A DNA stretch of 64,000 nucleotides from contig CBDVBZ010000004.1 of NCBI GenBank assembly GCA_965372355.1, positions 5,119 through 69,118 of the forward strand, written 5' to 3'. Each line of letters opens with the position of its first letter. Positions within the stretch are counted from its first letter, which is position 1. The position numbers and the translations under genes were made by a program. Source of the stretch: an uncultured bacterium. GTDB taxonomy: Bacteria > Krumholzibacteriota > Krumholzibacteriia > WVZY01. Shown here piece after piece: positions 1-8,804 of this stretch. The notes beneath the pieces are model-generated. The model was not told the origin of the DNA. It did no database searches and saw nothing but the letters and a program-made list of their open reading frames with translations.

Positions 1-471
1 AACGGAGCGGCCTTCGACGGACTCGCTCTCAAGATAACCCTGCAAATCACCACCGGTCAAGCGCTTCACTTTCTTGCGCTCATTGATAAAGAGGACAGCA
101 AGAATCAGAATGATCAGAAAAAGCAGCGGCAGAACAAAACGCCTGAACAGCCGCGGAGACCTTACCCTTTCCTCGATCACCGCCTCCTCGATGTCCCACA
201 TCGTACCGACTCCGTGCGTTCCCCTTCCCCTCTGTCTATCCAGAGCCCTCATCACCTCCTCGACATCCACACCGAGAAACCGCGCGTAGTTCCTCAAGAA
301 TCCCTTGAGATAAATGTCGCTGCCGACCGAGTCGAAATCATCCTGTTCCAAGGACGACAGGACTTCGACGGAGATCTTTGTATCCCGATTCGCAGCCTCG
401 AGCGTCAGCCCCTTTGCCTCGCGCGCAGACCGCAACATTTCACCGACCGAACTCGCAACGTTATCGCTCAT
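1..471 (-). CDS. RodZ-like cytoskeleton/cell-shape protein: N-terminal XRE-type HTH followed by a TM helix (partial; 3' end lies beyond window start)
   Basis: Manual minus-strand translation from ATG at 471-469 gives MSDNVASSVGEMLRSAREAKGLTLEAANRDTKISVEVLSSLEQDDFDSVGSDIYLKGFLRNYARFLGVD..., followed by a hydrophobic segment LFRRFVLPLLFLIILILAVLFI. This matches the RodZ N-terminal pattern (HTH, then ...YLRGFLRSYARxLGLD). It is absent from the ORF track because no stop codon falls inside the window. Confidence 0.55.
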   Translation of the reverse strand, partial: MSDNVASSVGEMLRSAREAKGLTLEAANRDTKISVEVLSSLEQDDFDSVGSDIYLKGFLRNYARFLGVDVEEVMRALDRQRGRGTHGVGTMWDIEEAVIEERVRSPRLFRRFVLPLLFLIILILAVLFINERKKVKRLTGGDLQGYLESESVEGRSV

Positions 472-488
472 CGTACACCCGCTATTCT

Positions 489-3206
489 CTAACCTCCGAC
501 TATCTTCAACGACTCCTCGATCTTACTCAACTCGGACATCAGCACTTCCCGCTTGCTGCGCGCCTTCTCCACGACTTCCTGACGCGCCTTCTTGACGAAG
601 TTGTCGTTGGACAACTTCTTGTCGACGGCCGAGAGCTCGCGCTCGATCTTGGCCTTCTCCTTTTTGAGACGTTGGGTCTCGGCGTCGAGGTCGGCGATAC
701 CGGCCAACGGAACAATGACCTCCAGCTCGCCCACCGGTGAGCTCGCGGCGCCCTTGTCCTTCACGACATCGGGGCCGATCTGCAGAAAGTCCGTGCGCGT
801 GAGCTGTTTGATGCCTGCGGTCATCTCATCGAGCATCCGGGGCGCCGGCTCCGGCGTCTTGATCCGCAGCTCGATCGAGGTCTTCGGGGCGATGCGGTAC
901 TGAGCCCTGATGTTCCTCGTCGCCGTGACGAGCCCCCGAAACACTTCCATCCTCTGATCGGCCGCTTCGTCACCGAGTGCATCAAGCCCTCGCGGGTACT
1001 TCGCTTCGACGAGCAGGCCGTCGGTCATCGGAAACCTCGACCACAACTCCTCGGTAACATACGGCATGAAGGGATGCAGCATCTTGACCGACTCCCCCAG
1101 GGTGAACAACAGCACGGCAAGAACGGTGCGTTTGTCACCCTCGCCGTAAAGTCGAATCTTCGCCAGCTCCAGATACCAGTCGCAAAAATCGCTCCAGAAG
1201 AAATCATATACTCTCGATGCCGCGTCGTTCAAGCGGGACCCGGACAGCCTCTCCGTCACATCACGGCTCGCCGCATGCAGAGCGCTGAGGATCCACCGGT
1301 CCTCCCACTGGAGATCGAGCGGCGCCGCGAGTGACCTTCCGTACCGCTCGCTCCACATGTCGACCAGCGGCCCTTCCCCTCCCGGCTGATCACCCGAGAG
1401 TCCCTCCCCATCCTTGTCATGGGCGGATAGTATCATCCTCGAGGCCTGCCAGATTTTGTTCATAAAATTGCGGCCCATCTCAAGTTTTTCCTCGGCAAAA
1501 AAAACATCACGCCCCGGCGGGGACAGCATCACCAGCGTGAACCGAAAAGCATCGGTCCCCCACTTGTCGATGATATCCAGCGGATCGGGAGAGTTGCCCA
1601 GCGACTTGCTCATCTTGCGGCCCTCGATATCACGAACGATACCGGTGAGAAAGACATGTCGAAACGGGATTTCGTTCATGAATTCGAGCGAGGCCATGAT
1701 CATGCGCGCAACCCAGAAGAATATGATCTCAGAACCAGTGACCAGCACGTTCGTTGGATGAAACGTTTCGAGATCCTTTGTCTCATCGGGCCATCCCAGC
1801 GGCGAGAATGTCCACAGCCACGATGAGAACCAGGTATCCAGCACGTTCTCGTCCTGTGTGATCGACGTCGAGCCACACGTCTCACAGGCGGTCGGGTCAT
1901 CCATCGCCACGGTGAGATGCCCATCGGGGCAATACCACACGGGAATGCGGTGCCCCCACCATAGCTGTCTCGAAATACACCAATCACGGATGTTGTGCAT
2001 CCAGCTGAGATAGACGTTTCTCCAACGAGGCGGGTAGAAATCGATCTCACCGCGCTCGACCACATCGATCGCCGGCTCTGCAAGCGGCTTCATTTTGACG
2101 AACCACTCCCGTGACAGGAGGGGTTCGATCACGGTACCGCACCGGTCGTGCTGACCCACCGAGTGGCGATAGGGCTCTATCTTTTCGATCAGCCCATCCT
2201 CCTCGAGCGCCGCGAGAACCTTCTTCCGTGCCTCGAAGCGGTCCAGACCCGCGAATCGCTCGCCCGCCGCCTCTGTCATCCTGCCTTCGCGATCGATAAC
2301 CACCACATGGGGCAGCTCGTGTCGCTCCGCAATATCGAAATCGTTGGGATCGTGCGCCGGCGTGACCTTTACGAACCCGGAGCCAAACTCGGGATCGACC
2401 GCCGAATCGGTGACGAACGGGATCTCCCGACCGACCAGTGGCAGGATAGCCGTCTTGCCGTGATAGCCCCTGGTCTTTGGATCGTCCGGGTTGACCGCCA
2501 CGGCGGTGTCACCGAGCATCGTCTCCGGTCGCGTCGTCGCTACGACAATCGCCGACCCGTCAACGACCGGATACCGGATCCAGTAGAGCTTCGCGTCCTT
2601 CTCGACATACTCGACCTCCTCATCGGAGATCGCGGTGGCACAAGAAGGACACCAGTTCACGATATAGTTGCCGCGGTAGATGAGAGATTTGTCGTACAGA
2701 CGAACAAAAACGCTGCGGACGGCGCGGCTCCTCGCCTCATCGAGCGTAAAGGCCTCGCGTGTCCAGTCGAGCGAACAACCGAGGTTCTTCAACTGGCTGA
2801 CGATGTGCCGGTGATGCTTGTCTTTCCACTCCCACACGTGCTCGAGAAACTCCTCCCTGCCAAGATCACTACGCTTGATTCCCTTCTTTGCGAGATCCTT
2901 CTCGACAACTTTCTGCGTGGCGATGCCCGCGTGATCGGTGCCCGGCACAAAGAGAGTGGTGAAGCCCTCCATGTGTTTCCAGCGAATCAGCAGATCCTGA
3001 ACGCTATCGCCGAGCACGTGACCCACATGCAGAATTCCGGTTACGTTCGGCGGAGGAAGCACGATGACAAAGGTGTCACCGGCCTTCGCCGCATCGGGCG
3101 TGAAAACACCTTGCTCGTCCCACGCGGCGTTCCAGCGCTCTTGTGCGGTCTTGAAATCGAAGTGTTTTTCGAGTGGCTCGTTCATAAATAGTGTCCATCG
3201 CTCCAA
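489..3206 (-). CDS. valS: valyl-tRNA synthetase
   Basis: 905 aa. Class I HIGH motif (PNVTGILHVGH) and KMSKS motif (GRKMSKSLGN). C-terminal coiled coil typical of ValRS. True start may be the internal MNEPLEKHF. Confidence 0.95.
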   Translation of the reverse strand: MERWTLFMNEPLEKHFDFKTAQERWNAAWDEQGVFTPDAAKAGDTFVIVLPPPNVTGILHVGHVLGDSVQDLLIRWKHMEGFTTLFVPGTDHAGIATQKVVEKDLAKKGIKRSDLGREEFLEHVWEWKDKHHRHIVSQLKNLGCSLDWTREAFTLDEARSRAVRSVFVRLYDKSLIYRGNYIVNWCPSCATAISDEEVEYVEKDAKLYWIRYPVVDGSAIVVATTRPETMLGDTAVAVNPDDPKTRGYHGKTAILPLVGREIPFVTDSAVDPEFGSGFVKVTPAHDPNDFDIAERHELPHVVVIDREGRMTEAAGERFAGLDRFEARKKVLAALEEDGLIEKIEPYRHSVGQHDRCGTVIEPLLSREWFVKMKPLAEPAIDVVERGEIDFYPPRWRNVYLSWMHNIRDWCISRQLWWGHRIPVWYCPDGHLTVAMDDPTACETCGSTSITQDENVLDTWFSSWLWTFSPLGWPDETKDLETFHPTNVLVTGSEIIFFWVARMIMASLEFMNEIPFRHVFLTGIVRDIEGRKMSKSLGNSPDPLDIIDKWGTDAFRFTLVMLSPPGRDVFFAEEKLEMGRNFMNKIWQASRMILSAHDKDGEGLSGDQPGGEGPLVDMWSERYGRSLAAPLDLQWEDRWILSALHAASRDVTERLSGSRLNDAASRVYDFFWSDFCDWYLELAKIRLYGEGDKRTVLAVLLFTLGESVKMLHPFMPYVTEELWSRFPMTDGLLVEAKYPRGLDALGDEAADQRMEVFRGLVTATRNIRAQYRIAPKTSIELRIKTPEPAPRMLDEMTAGIKQLTRTDFLQIGPDVVKDKGAASSPVGELEVIVPLAGIADLDAETQRLKKEKAKIERELSAVDKKLSNDNFVKKARQEVVEKARSKREVLMSELSKIEESLKIVGG

Positions 3207-3244
3207 AGCGAGCGAGTGAGGTCTCCTGTAGGATCCTTTCGCGG

Positions 3245-3270
3245 GAACCCTCTTTCAGAGGACAGGCGAG
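3245..3270. repeat. 26-nt intergenic motif ga[ag]CCCTCTTTCAGAGGACAGGCGAG, copy A; contains hairpin CCTCT-ttc-AGAGG; flanked by stem CGCGG(3240-3244)/CCGCG(3281-3285)
   Basis: Identical 23-nt core recurs at 63151-63173. Both copies lie between minus-strand genes and are enclosed by different but complementary outer stems. Confidence 0.6.
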
Positions 3271-3461
3271 TGAATATCTACCGCGGTGGCGCCGCAGGCG
3301 CCACAGTGAGCGCGCCGCGTCAGCGCCCGCGCCGCGGTTAGCCAAGCGAAGTGGAGCGAGGGTCCCTAGGAAGAGCCTCGCTCGCGAGCAATCGCCGCAC
3401 AAGTGCTCTAAGATCAAAGCAGCGTATCACTTCGCCCTCGGAGGGGTCAACGCCGGATATC

Positions 3462-4301
3462 CTAGATGCGGCCCAGCGCCATCGCGAGGATGCCAAAGAA
3501 CATCTGCACCTTGAGAATCCGGCTCGTCCAGTGCAGGGCGACCCGCTCACGCGAGCGGAGCGCGAGAAAGGCGGCGGCCAGGACACCGGGGACGAAGAGG
3601 AGTTCCATGACAAACCCGTAGGTTATTCCGTAGTAGCCGACCAACGCCGGCACTGGGGAAACGATGACGCACAGATACAGTGAAGCGGCGGCCCAAAGAA
3701 CCGCGACCCTCGCACCGTAACGGACGGCAATGGTCGACGCGCCGGCCTCGCGGTCACCGGGGATATCCTCGGCACCCTTGACCAGCTCGCGGCCCATGAC
3801 CAGCAGAAATGCCAGCAGCGCGGGAAACCCGGTTGCCTCGAAGTTGCCGGTCGGGATCGCGCCACCCACAAAGGCACTCGCGGCGATCGCCGCGACCAGA
3901 AGGTTTCCGGCAAGCGCGATACGTTTTCCCTTGCGCGCATAGTAGTAGAGTAGAACTTGCCACCCCAGAATGAGGGAGAACATCGGCGGGGACAACAGCG
4001 CGATCGCAAGAACTACTGTAATGACGGAACCGACGAGGTATGCGCGAAGGACGTACCCGGGTGTCAGCCGCCCGGACGGAATCGGCCGCCGGGGTTTGTT
4101 CACCCGGTCTATGTCACGATCGCAGTAGTCATTGATCAGATTGCCGAGCCCGGTAACAAAAGCGGTGAAGATGAACGGCAACGAGATATCCGCGGGGCGC
4201 GTACCGCCCGAAAGCAGGTAGCCCGCTACGATGCAACCACCCGCAGCGATCATGTTGTGGGGCCGAGTGATTTCGATCGTCGCGAGCAACCGAGCAGCCA
4301 C
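3462..4301 (-). CDS. UbiA-family aromatic/isoprenoid prenyltransferase (integral membrane)
   Basis: 279 aa, polytopic. First Asp-rich motif NDYCDRDIDRVNKPRRPIPSG is typical of the UbiA/DGGGP-synthase superfamily. Substrate cannot be assigned from sequence. Confidence 0.8.
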   Translation of the reverse strand: MAARLLATIEITRPHNMIAAGGCIVAGYLLSGGTRPADISLPFIFTAFVTGLGNLINDYCDRDIDRVNKPRRPIPSGRLTPGYVLRAYLVGSVITVVLAIALLSPPMFSLILGWQVLLYYYARKGKRIALAGNLLVAAIAASAFVGGAIPTGNFEATGFPALLAFLLVMGRELVKGAEDIPGDREAGASTIAVRYGARVAVLWAAASLYLCVIVSPVPALVGYYGITYGFVMELLFVPGVLAAAFLALRSRERVALHWTSRILKVQMFFGILAMALGRI

Positions 4302-4313
4302 GGGCCGGCTCCT

Positions 4314-5960
4314 TTACAGATTCCACGTCACATGCATGAACACGGATGTCAACCAGTCATCGATATCCTGTTGGTGCGCGACATTCTTCACCCTGGCCTG
4401 AATGAAATTCACGCCGATCGATGAGTTGCCGCGAAGCTCCCATTCCAGACCCAAACCGTATCCATAGGTTTTCTCCACGACACCGGACGGGAACTTCGGG
4501 TTGGGATCATCGCCTGCCACGAACTGGCGCCAGTCGTTGCCCTCTCCGCGACGCTCGAGCGAGAAGGAGAGTAACGTCGTCAAACTGGGGATCGGGTAGA
4601 CCGCCATGTCGATGTACGCGCGGTCGGAATCCGGGCCCAGTGAGGCCCCCAACGGGTTGTCGAGCGAAAGGTCCACGTCTCCGGTGACCCAGTAGTTTAT
4701 CGAGTCCTCGTGCGTGTATGTGTAGATATCGATATAGCGGTACTGGAAACGAAACGTGGCCGGTAAGGGGTCGACAAGAGCCACGCGCCCGCCGACGTCG
4801 AACGCGAGCTTGTCGGGATACGGATCGTCCTCGAACTGATAGTCGTCGATCAGAAAGCTGCCGTACAAAAGAAGACCGTTCGTCACCTCGTACTTCAGAT
4901 CGAACTCCCACGTGGCGTTATCGTTGTTTTCCAACTGCTCGTTGAACTGGTTGGAATAGAAGCTGCTCAACGGCAGAAGATACATGTGGTCAAAACCACG
5001 CCCTGTATAAATAACCGCTTCGCTCAAGCCCAAGACCGCGGGGCCGAACCGCATCTCGAGGCGGTGGGCGGCAAAACGACGATCCGCGGATGCCGAGAGC
5101 GTTGCGTTCAAAAAGCTGAACAGGAGGTTCTTGAAGCCGATCCGTGCGCCCCACTTGTCCAGGCTGCCGGCTGTGTCGGACAAGATCAAGTTGCCGACCT
5201 CGCTCGGACCCCAGTTTGAATAATCACGCCCCCAGAAAAGCGTCACCCGCCGTTTCCACTGGTAGACGAGATACGCACGCTCGTACAGCGACGTCAGTCC
5301 CTTAAAGCTCTTTTCACGGCGCGAGGGCTTACGTCTGTCGACACGATCGCCCCTCTCCGGTCCGAAAGTCAGCCGGTACCGCACCTCCCAAGTAACCCAG
5401 TCTTTGAAATGCAACCGAAGATCGGGGTTACCGGTCAGAAAAAACGCCCACTTCGGATCGTGCAGTGGCTTGCCGGGGACAAACGACAGGGCGACGTCTC
5501 CCTCCAGGTATAACGGGGCATCCTTGGCCCAAATAGCGGGCGGATCAAACCGTGTCTTGGGATCACTCTGGGCTTCGGGTAACGTGTACTCTTTCTGCAG
5601 CCGATCGAGATTGAACCGATCGCGCGCTGACAACAACGTCTCCGTCACTTCGATGCTTCTTAGTATCTGCTCGACGTAACCGATAACGTCCGGGCGTGTG
5701 AACAACGTCTCCGATGGGAGCCGGACGAGACGGAGGGCTTCGAAACGTTTGAGTGTGGGATAGGTCCAATCCTCGGGCGGAATAAACTCGTTGCCGATGC
5801 TTTCTGATTGGCTGTGACTTGCGGTGACCGTTATGAGGACGAAAATGACGAGAACCCCGAGCGTCCTAGGAAGTCCCCCCGTGCGTTTCGCTTTTCTGAA
5901 ATCTGCGATCCGCCGCCCGATAGTTCTCTTTTGCCTTGTCAAGCTGACCAGCCTTGTCAT
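4314..5960 (-). CDS. predicted secreted/outer-membrane protein (possible beta-barrel; Wzi-like capsule-assembly protein is one possibility)
   Basis: Positively charged N-region then hydrophobic signal segment LGVLVIFVLITVTASHS. Body is rich in alternating aromatic/hydrophilic stretches (YRYIDIYTYTHEDSINYWVTGDVDLSL, GYGLGLEWELRG). Start is uncertain: the longest ORF begins at 5996 and overlaps the upstream TPR gene. Confidence 0.5.
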   Translation of the reverse strand: MTRLVSLTRQKRTIGRRIADFRKAKRTGGLPRTLGVLVIFVLITVTASHSQSESIGNEFIPPEDWTYPTLKRFEALRLVRLPSETLFTRPDVIGYVEQILRSIEVTETLLSARDRFNLDRLQKEYTLPEAQSDPKTRFDPPAIWAKDAPLYLEGDVALSFVPGKPLHDPKWAFFLTGNPDLRLHFKDWVTWEVRYRLTFGPERGDRVDRRKPSRREKSFKGLTSLYERAYLVYQWKRRVTLFWGRDYSNWGPSEVGNLILSDTAGSLDKWGARIGFKNLLFSFLNATLSASADRRFAAHRLEMRFGPAVLGLSEAVIYTGRGFDHMYLLPLSSFYSNQFNEQLENNDNATWEFDLKYEVTNGLLLYGSFLIDDYQFEDDPYPDKLAFDVGGRVALVDPLPATFRFQYRYIDIYTYTHEDSINYWVTGDVDLSLDNPLGASLGPDSDRAYIDMAVYPIPSLTTLLSFSLERRGEGNDWRQFVAGDDPNPKFPSGVVEKTYGYGLGLEWELRGNSSIGVNFIQARVKNVAHQQDIDDWLTSVFMHVTWNL

Positions 5961-6996
5961 AAACAACGCCGAGGTAGTAATACGCCTTGCCATCATCGGG
6001 GCTAATCTCGGTCACTCGCTTTAGGGGAGCAATCGCCTTGTCCGGCTCATCCATTCTATTGTAGCACACACCGATGCGGTACAGAATCGAGGGATTCTCC
6101 GGATCCATTTGCAGCGCGCTGTGCAGACTCTTGACCGCTTTTCCGTACAACCCCTTCTTGTCGTATGCCAGGCCGAGGTACAAATGAGCATTCTTGTGTG
6201 ACTGATCGAGCCGCAGAACTCTTCTGAATTCTTCGATTGCACCCTTGATGTCACCTTGTTCAAAAAGGGCCACACCGAGATTGAAGTGCGCCTCGATGCT
6301 TTTTGGCTCGAGTTCGATCGCAAGGCTGAATTGTTGAATCGCCCGTTCGTGCATTCCCCTTTCACCGTAGAGCGCGCCCAGATTGAAACGCGCCGCCGCG
6401 CTATCGGGGTTGAATTGCACCGCCTTCCGAAACAACTGTATCGCAGTCTCGCCTTCGCCCTTCAAATCGAGCAAATAGCCAAGGTTCGTGTACGCTTTAC
6501 TGTGCGCACCGTCCAGAGCGATCGCTCTGCGATAGCACACTTCCGCTTTCTCGTAACGCTCGCCGCACGCCAGGGTGACTCCGTAACGGTAGTGGCATTC
6601 CGCGTTGTCCGGATCGAGCTCGATTGCGTATTCGTGTTCCTTGATCGCTCGATCCATATCACCGAGTTGTTCGCTGAGACGGCCGAGGAAGTAGTGCGAC
6701 AGTGCACGATGGGTCTGCGTTGCCGCCAAACGCTCGTAGCAGGTCAAGGCGTCCCGCAGGCACTTCCGATCCACCAGCGTTTTGCCGATCACCTCGAGCA
6801 ACGTCGGGGAGACATCAGGGCTCTCGACAATACGCCTGGAGTAAGCCAGCGCCTCTTCCCCCCTGTCCGATTGCCAGAGGAGCCCCGCGAGCTCGCAGGT
6901 GGCCATGTGATCGTTCGGATCGCGATCGACCCGCTGCTGCAGACGACCGAGGCGCCTGAGGTCCGCTCTGGATATTTCCTGACTCTCCAATGTCAT
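5866..6996 (-). CDS. TPR-repeat protein
   Basis: 376 aa of consecutive 34-aa TPR units (e.g. AYYYLGVVYDKAGQLDKAKENYRAA, AHLYLGLAYDKKGLYGKAVKSLHSAL). No other domain recognised. Confidence 0.8.
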   Translation of the reverse strand: MTLESQEISRADLRRLGRLQQRVDRDPNDHMATCELAGLLWQSDRGEEALAYSRRIVESPDVSPTLLEVIGKTLVDRKCLRDALTCYERLAATQTHRALSHYFLGRLSEQLGDMDRAIKEHEYAIELDPDNAECHYRYGVTLACGERYEKAEVCYRRAIALDGAHSKAYTNLGYLLDLKGEGETAIQLFRKAVQFNPDSAAARFNLGALYGERGMHERAIQQFSLAIELEPKSIEAHFNLGVALFEQGDIKGAIEEFRRVLRLDQSHKNAHLYLGLAYDKKGLYGKAVKSLHSALQMDPENPSILYRIGVCYNRMDEPDKAIAPLKRVTEISPDDGKAYYYLGVVYDKAGQLDKAKENYRAADRRFQKSETHGGTS

Positions 6997-7094
6997 AGCT
7001 TCACCTTGTTTAGCGTCCCAAAGCGAAACTATTACAGCATTGAAAAAGGTGTCAAGAATTATTGCGCGGAGCAGTGGTACCTATCTAATTGCGA

Positions 7095-8573
7095 CTAAGC
7101 CTCTTCGTCGCCAACCTGGATCTCGAGCTCGATTTTGATCGGGACGGTCTTGCGCATCTGTGACCGTTTGAGATACACGGGGACCGTCACGGTGACCGGT
7201 TCGTCATCCTGGCTGGCCACAGGCGATGGGTGCCCCGGCGGCGGGCTCGCTGTCCTGGGGGGTGGCGATGTCGCCTCCTTGGGCTCCGGCTCCTCTGTTT
7301 CGGCCGTTTTGGACTGAAACGGGTCGACGATAAACTCTCCCCCTTGCGAATCCGTGGGTAACTCGACCGGCGTGTCATCGAAATCGATCACGCGGCCGAC
7401 GTCCTCGTCCACTTCCCGGGAGCTCTCCAACGACGCAAACTGGAACTCCTTGTCGAGGGAGTCATCCATCTTCTTCTCGGTGCCCGCGTTGGCTTCCCCC
7501 AGAGGCGTCTGGGCCATCGGGGGCGCCGTTTCGATCTTCCCGGGCTTAGATGGCGCTGATGTCACGACACGTGGCGTATCCGGCACCGGCACGTTGTTCT
7601 CTTCCACCTCGCGGAGCGCGCTGTCGACCACATCGGAAACGTCGTCGCTCACCGCGGGCGGCTTCGGACCGGCCGGCTGAGACGCCCAGGGCTGCGATTG
7701 GGTTGTCTGCGCGGCCGTCGGCTGCGATCGGGTTGTCTGCGCGGCCGTCGGCTGCGATTGGGTTGTCTGCGCGGCCGTCGGCTGCGATTGGGTTGTCTGT
7801 GCGGCCGTCGGCTGCGATCGGGTTGTCTGCGCGGCCGTCGGCTGCGGCTCGGTGACGTGCGGCATGGGTCCGTGAGCGGCCACCGGCTGCGGCTCCGGAG
7901 TCTGCGGCGTGGGAGGCGCCTCGGTCTGCGACTCCTGCGGCGAACCTTCCACCCCGGCTCCGACACGCGGCGCCGGCTGGGTGCTCTTCAGGCGTTCAAC
8001 GAGCTGCCGGTACAGCAATCCGCCGATCGCGCGGAATGTCTCGTAGATACCGTGGCCGGTCGTCGCAACCGCCTCATAGCTCGGAACGTTCAACAGATTC
8101 AGCTTGCTGTTCAGCATCGCGACGGGCAGTGCGCCGGGGAGATCCCGCTTGTTGTACTGGATCACCCACGGCATCGTATCGAGCGTCAAGCTGTGCTCGT
8201 TGAGGTTTTCCTCGAGGTTGCGAAGGCTTTCGATGTTCTCCTCCATCTTCGAGGCCTGGGAATCCGCGACAAACACCACGGCGTCGGCTCCCTTCAAAAC
8301 TAGTTTTCTCGTCGCGTTGTAGTAGACCTGTCCCGGCACCGTGTAAAGTAGTATCCGTGTTCGATAACCGTTGATCTCCCCGACATCTAGTGGTAAGAAA
8401 TCGAAGAAGAGGGTCCGATCGGTCCGGGTTTTCATCGACACCATTTTGCCCTTCGTGTCCTCCGGCATTCTTTCGTAGATAAATTCGAGATTCGTCGTTT
8501 TGCCACTCAAAGCCGGCCCGTAATAGACGACCTTGGCGTTGAGCTCGGCTCCTGAGTAATTGAAAACAACCAT
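7095..8573 (-). CDS. mglA: MglA-family Ras-like small GTPase with ~300-aa low-complexity C-terminal extension
   Basis: From [33 protein letters not shown]... the first ~195 aa align closely with Myxococcus MglA ([59 protein letters not shown]). P-loop GPALSGKTT, switch-I Thr, TVPGQ and NKRD are all present. The tail is Pro/Thr/Gln-rich with five QPTAAQTT[RQ]S repeats and an acidic segment. The ORF-track start at 8729 is a 52-aa artefactual extension. Confidence 0.85.
   Translation of the reverse strand: [492 protein letters not shown]
7690..7855. repeat. 30-bp tandem repeat, ~5.4 copies (GGCTGCGAT[TC]GGGTTGTCTGCGCGGCCGTC), in-frame inside mglA-like tail
   Basis: Directly visible periodicity at 7690-7719, 7720-7749, 7750-7779, 7780-7809, 7810-7839, plus a partial unit. 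Encodes the [10 protein letters not shown] decapeptide repeats. Confidence 0.9.
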
Positions 8574-8804
8574 GGAATGTCCCCTCGAGTCGCGCGATGC
8601 GGTTGCGGTTGACAAGTGGCGAGTCGCGCGGCCTGTCACAGGTGGTGTACGATACGAATGACTGCAATCGGTTTCGGAGAAGCGGCCAGAGGCCGTTCCG
8701 CTTCGCCTCTCGCGCAAGTACCGTGCCAAGGGTGGGCCTCATCCCGAGGGTGGGATTTTGCCTAATCGCTTGCCGTCAAGTCAAATACGAGTCTAATACG
8801 GTGG

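Noticed and set aside
7690-7855. 30-bp tandem repeat considered as a possible CRISPR array
   Set aside because: Units are directly adjacent with no spacers. They are in-frame within the mglA-like ORF and encode a decapeptide repeat. No cas genes anywhere in the window.
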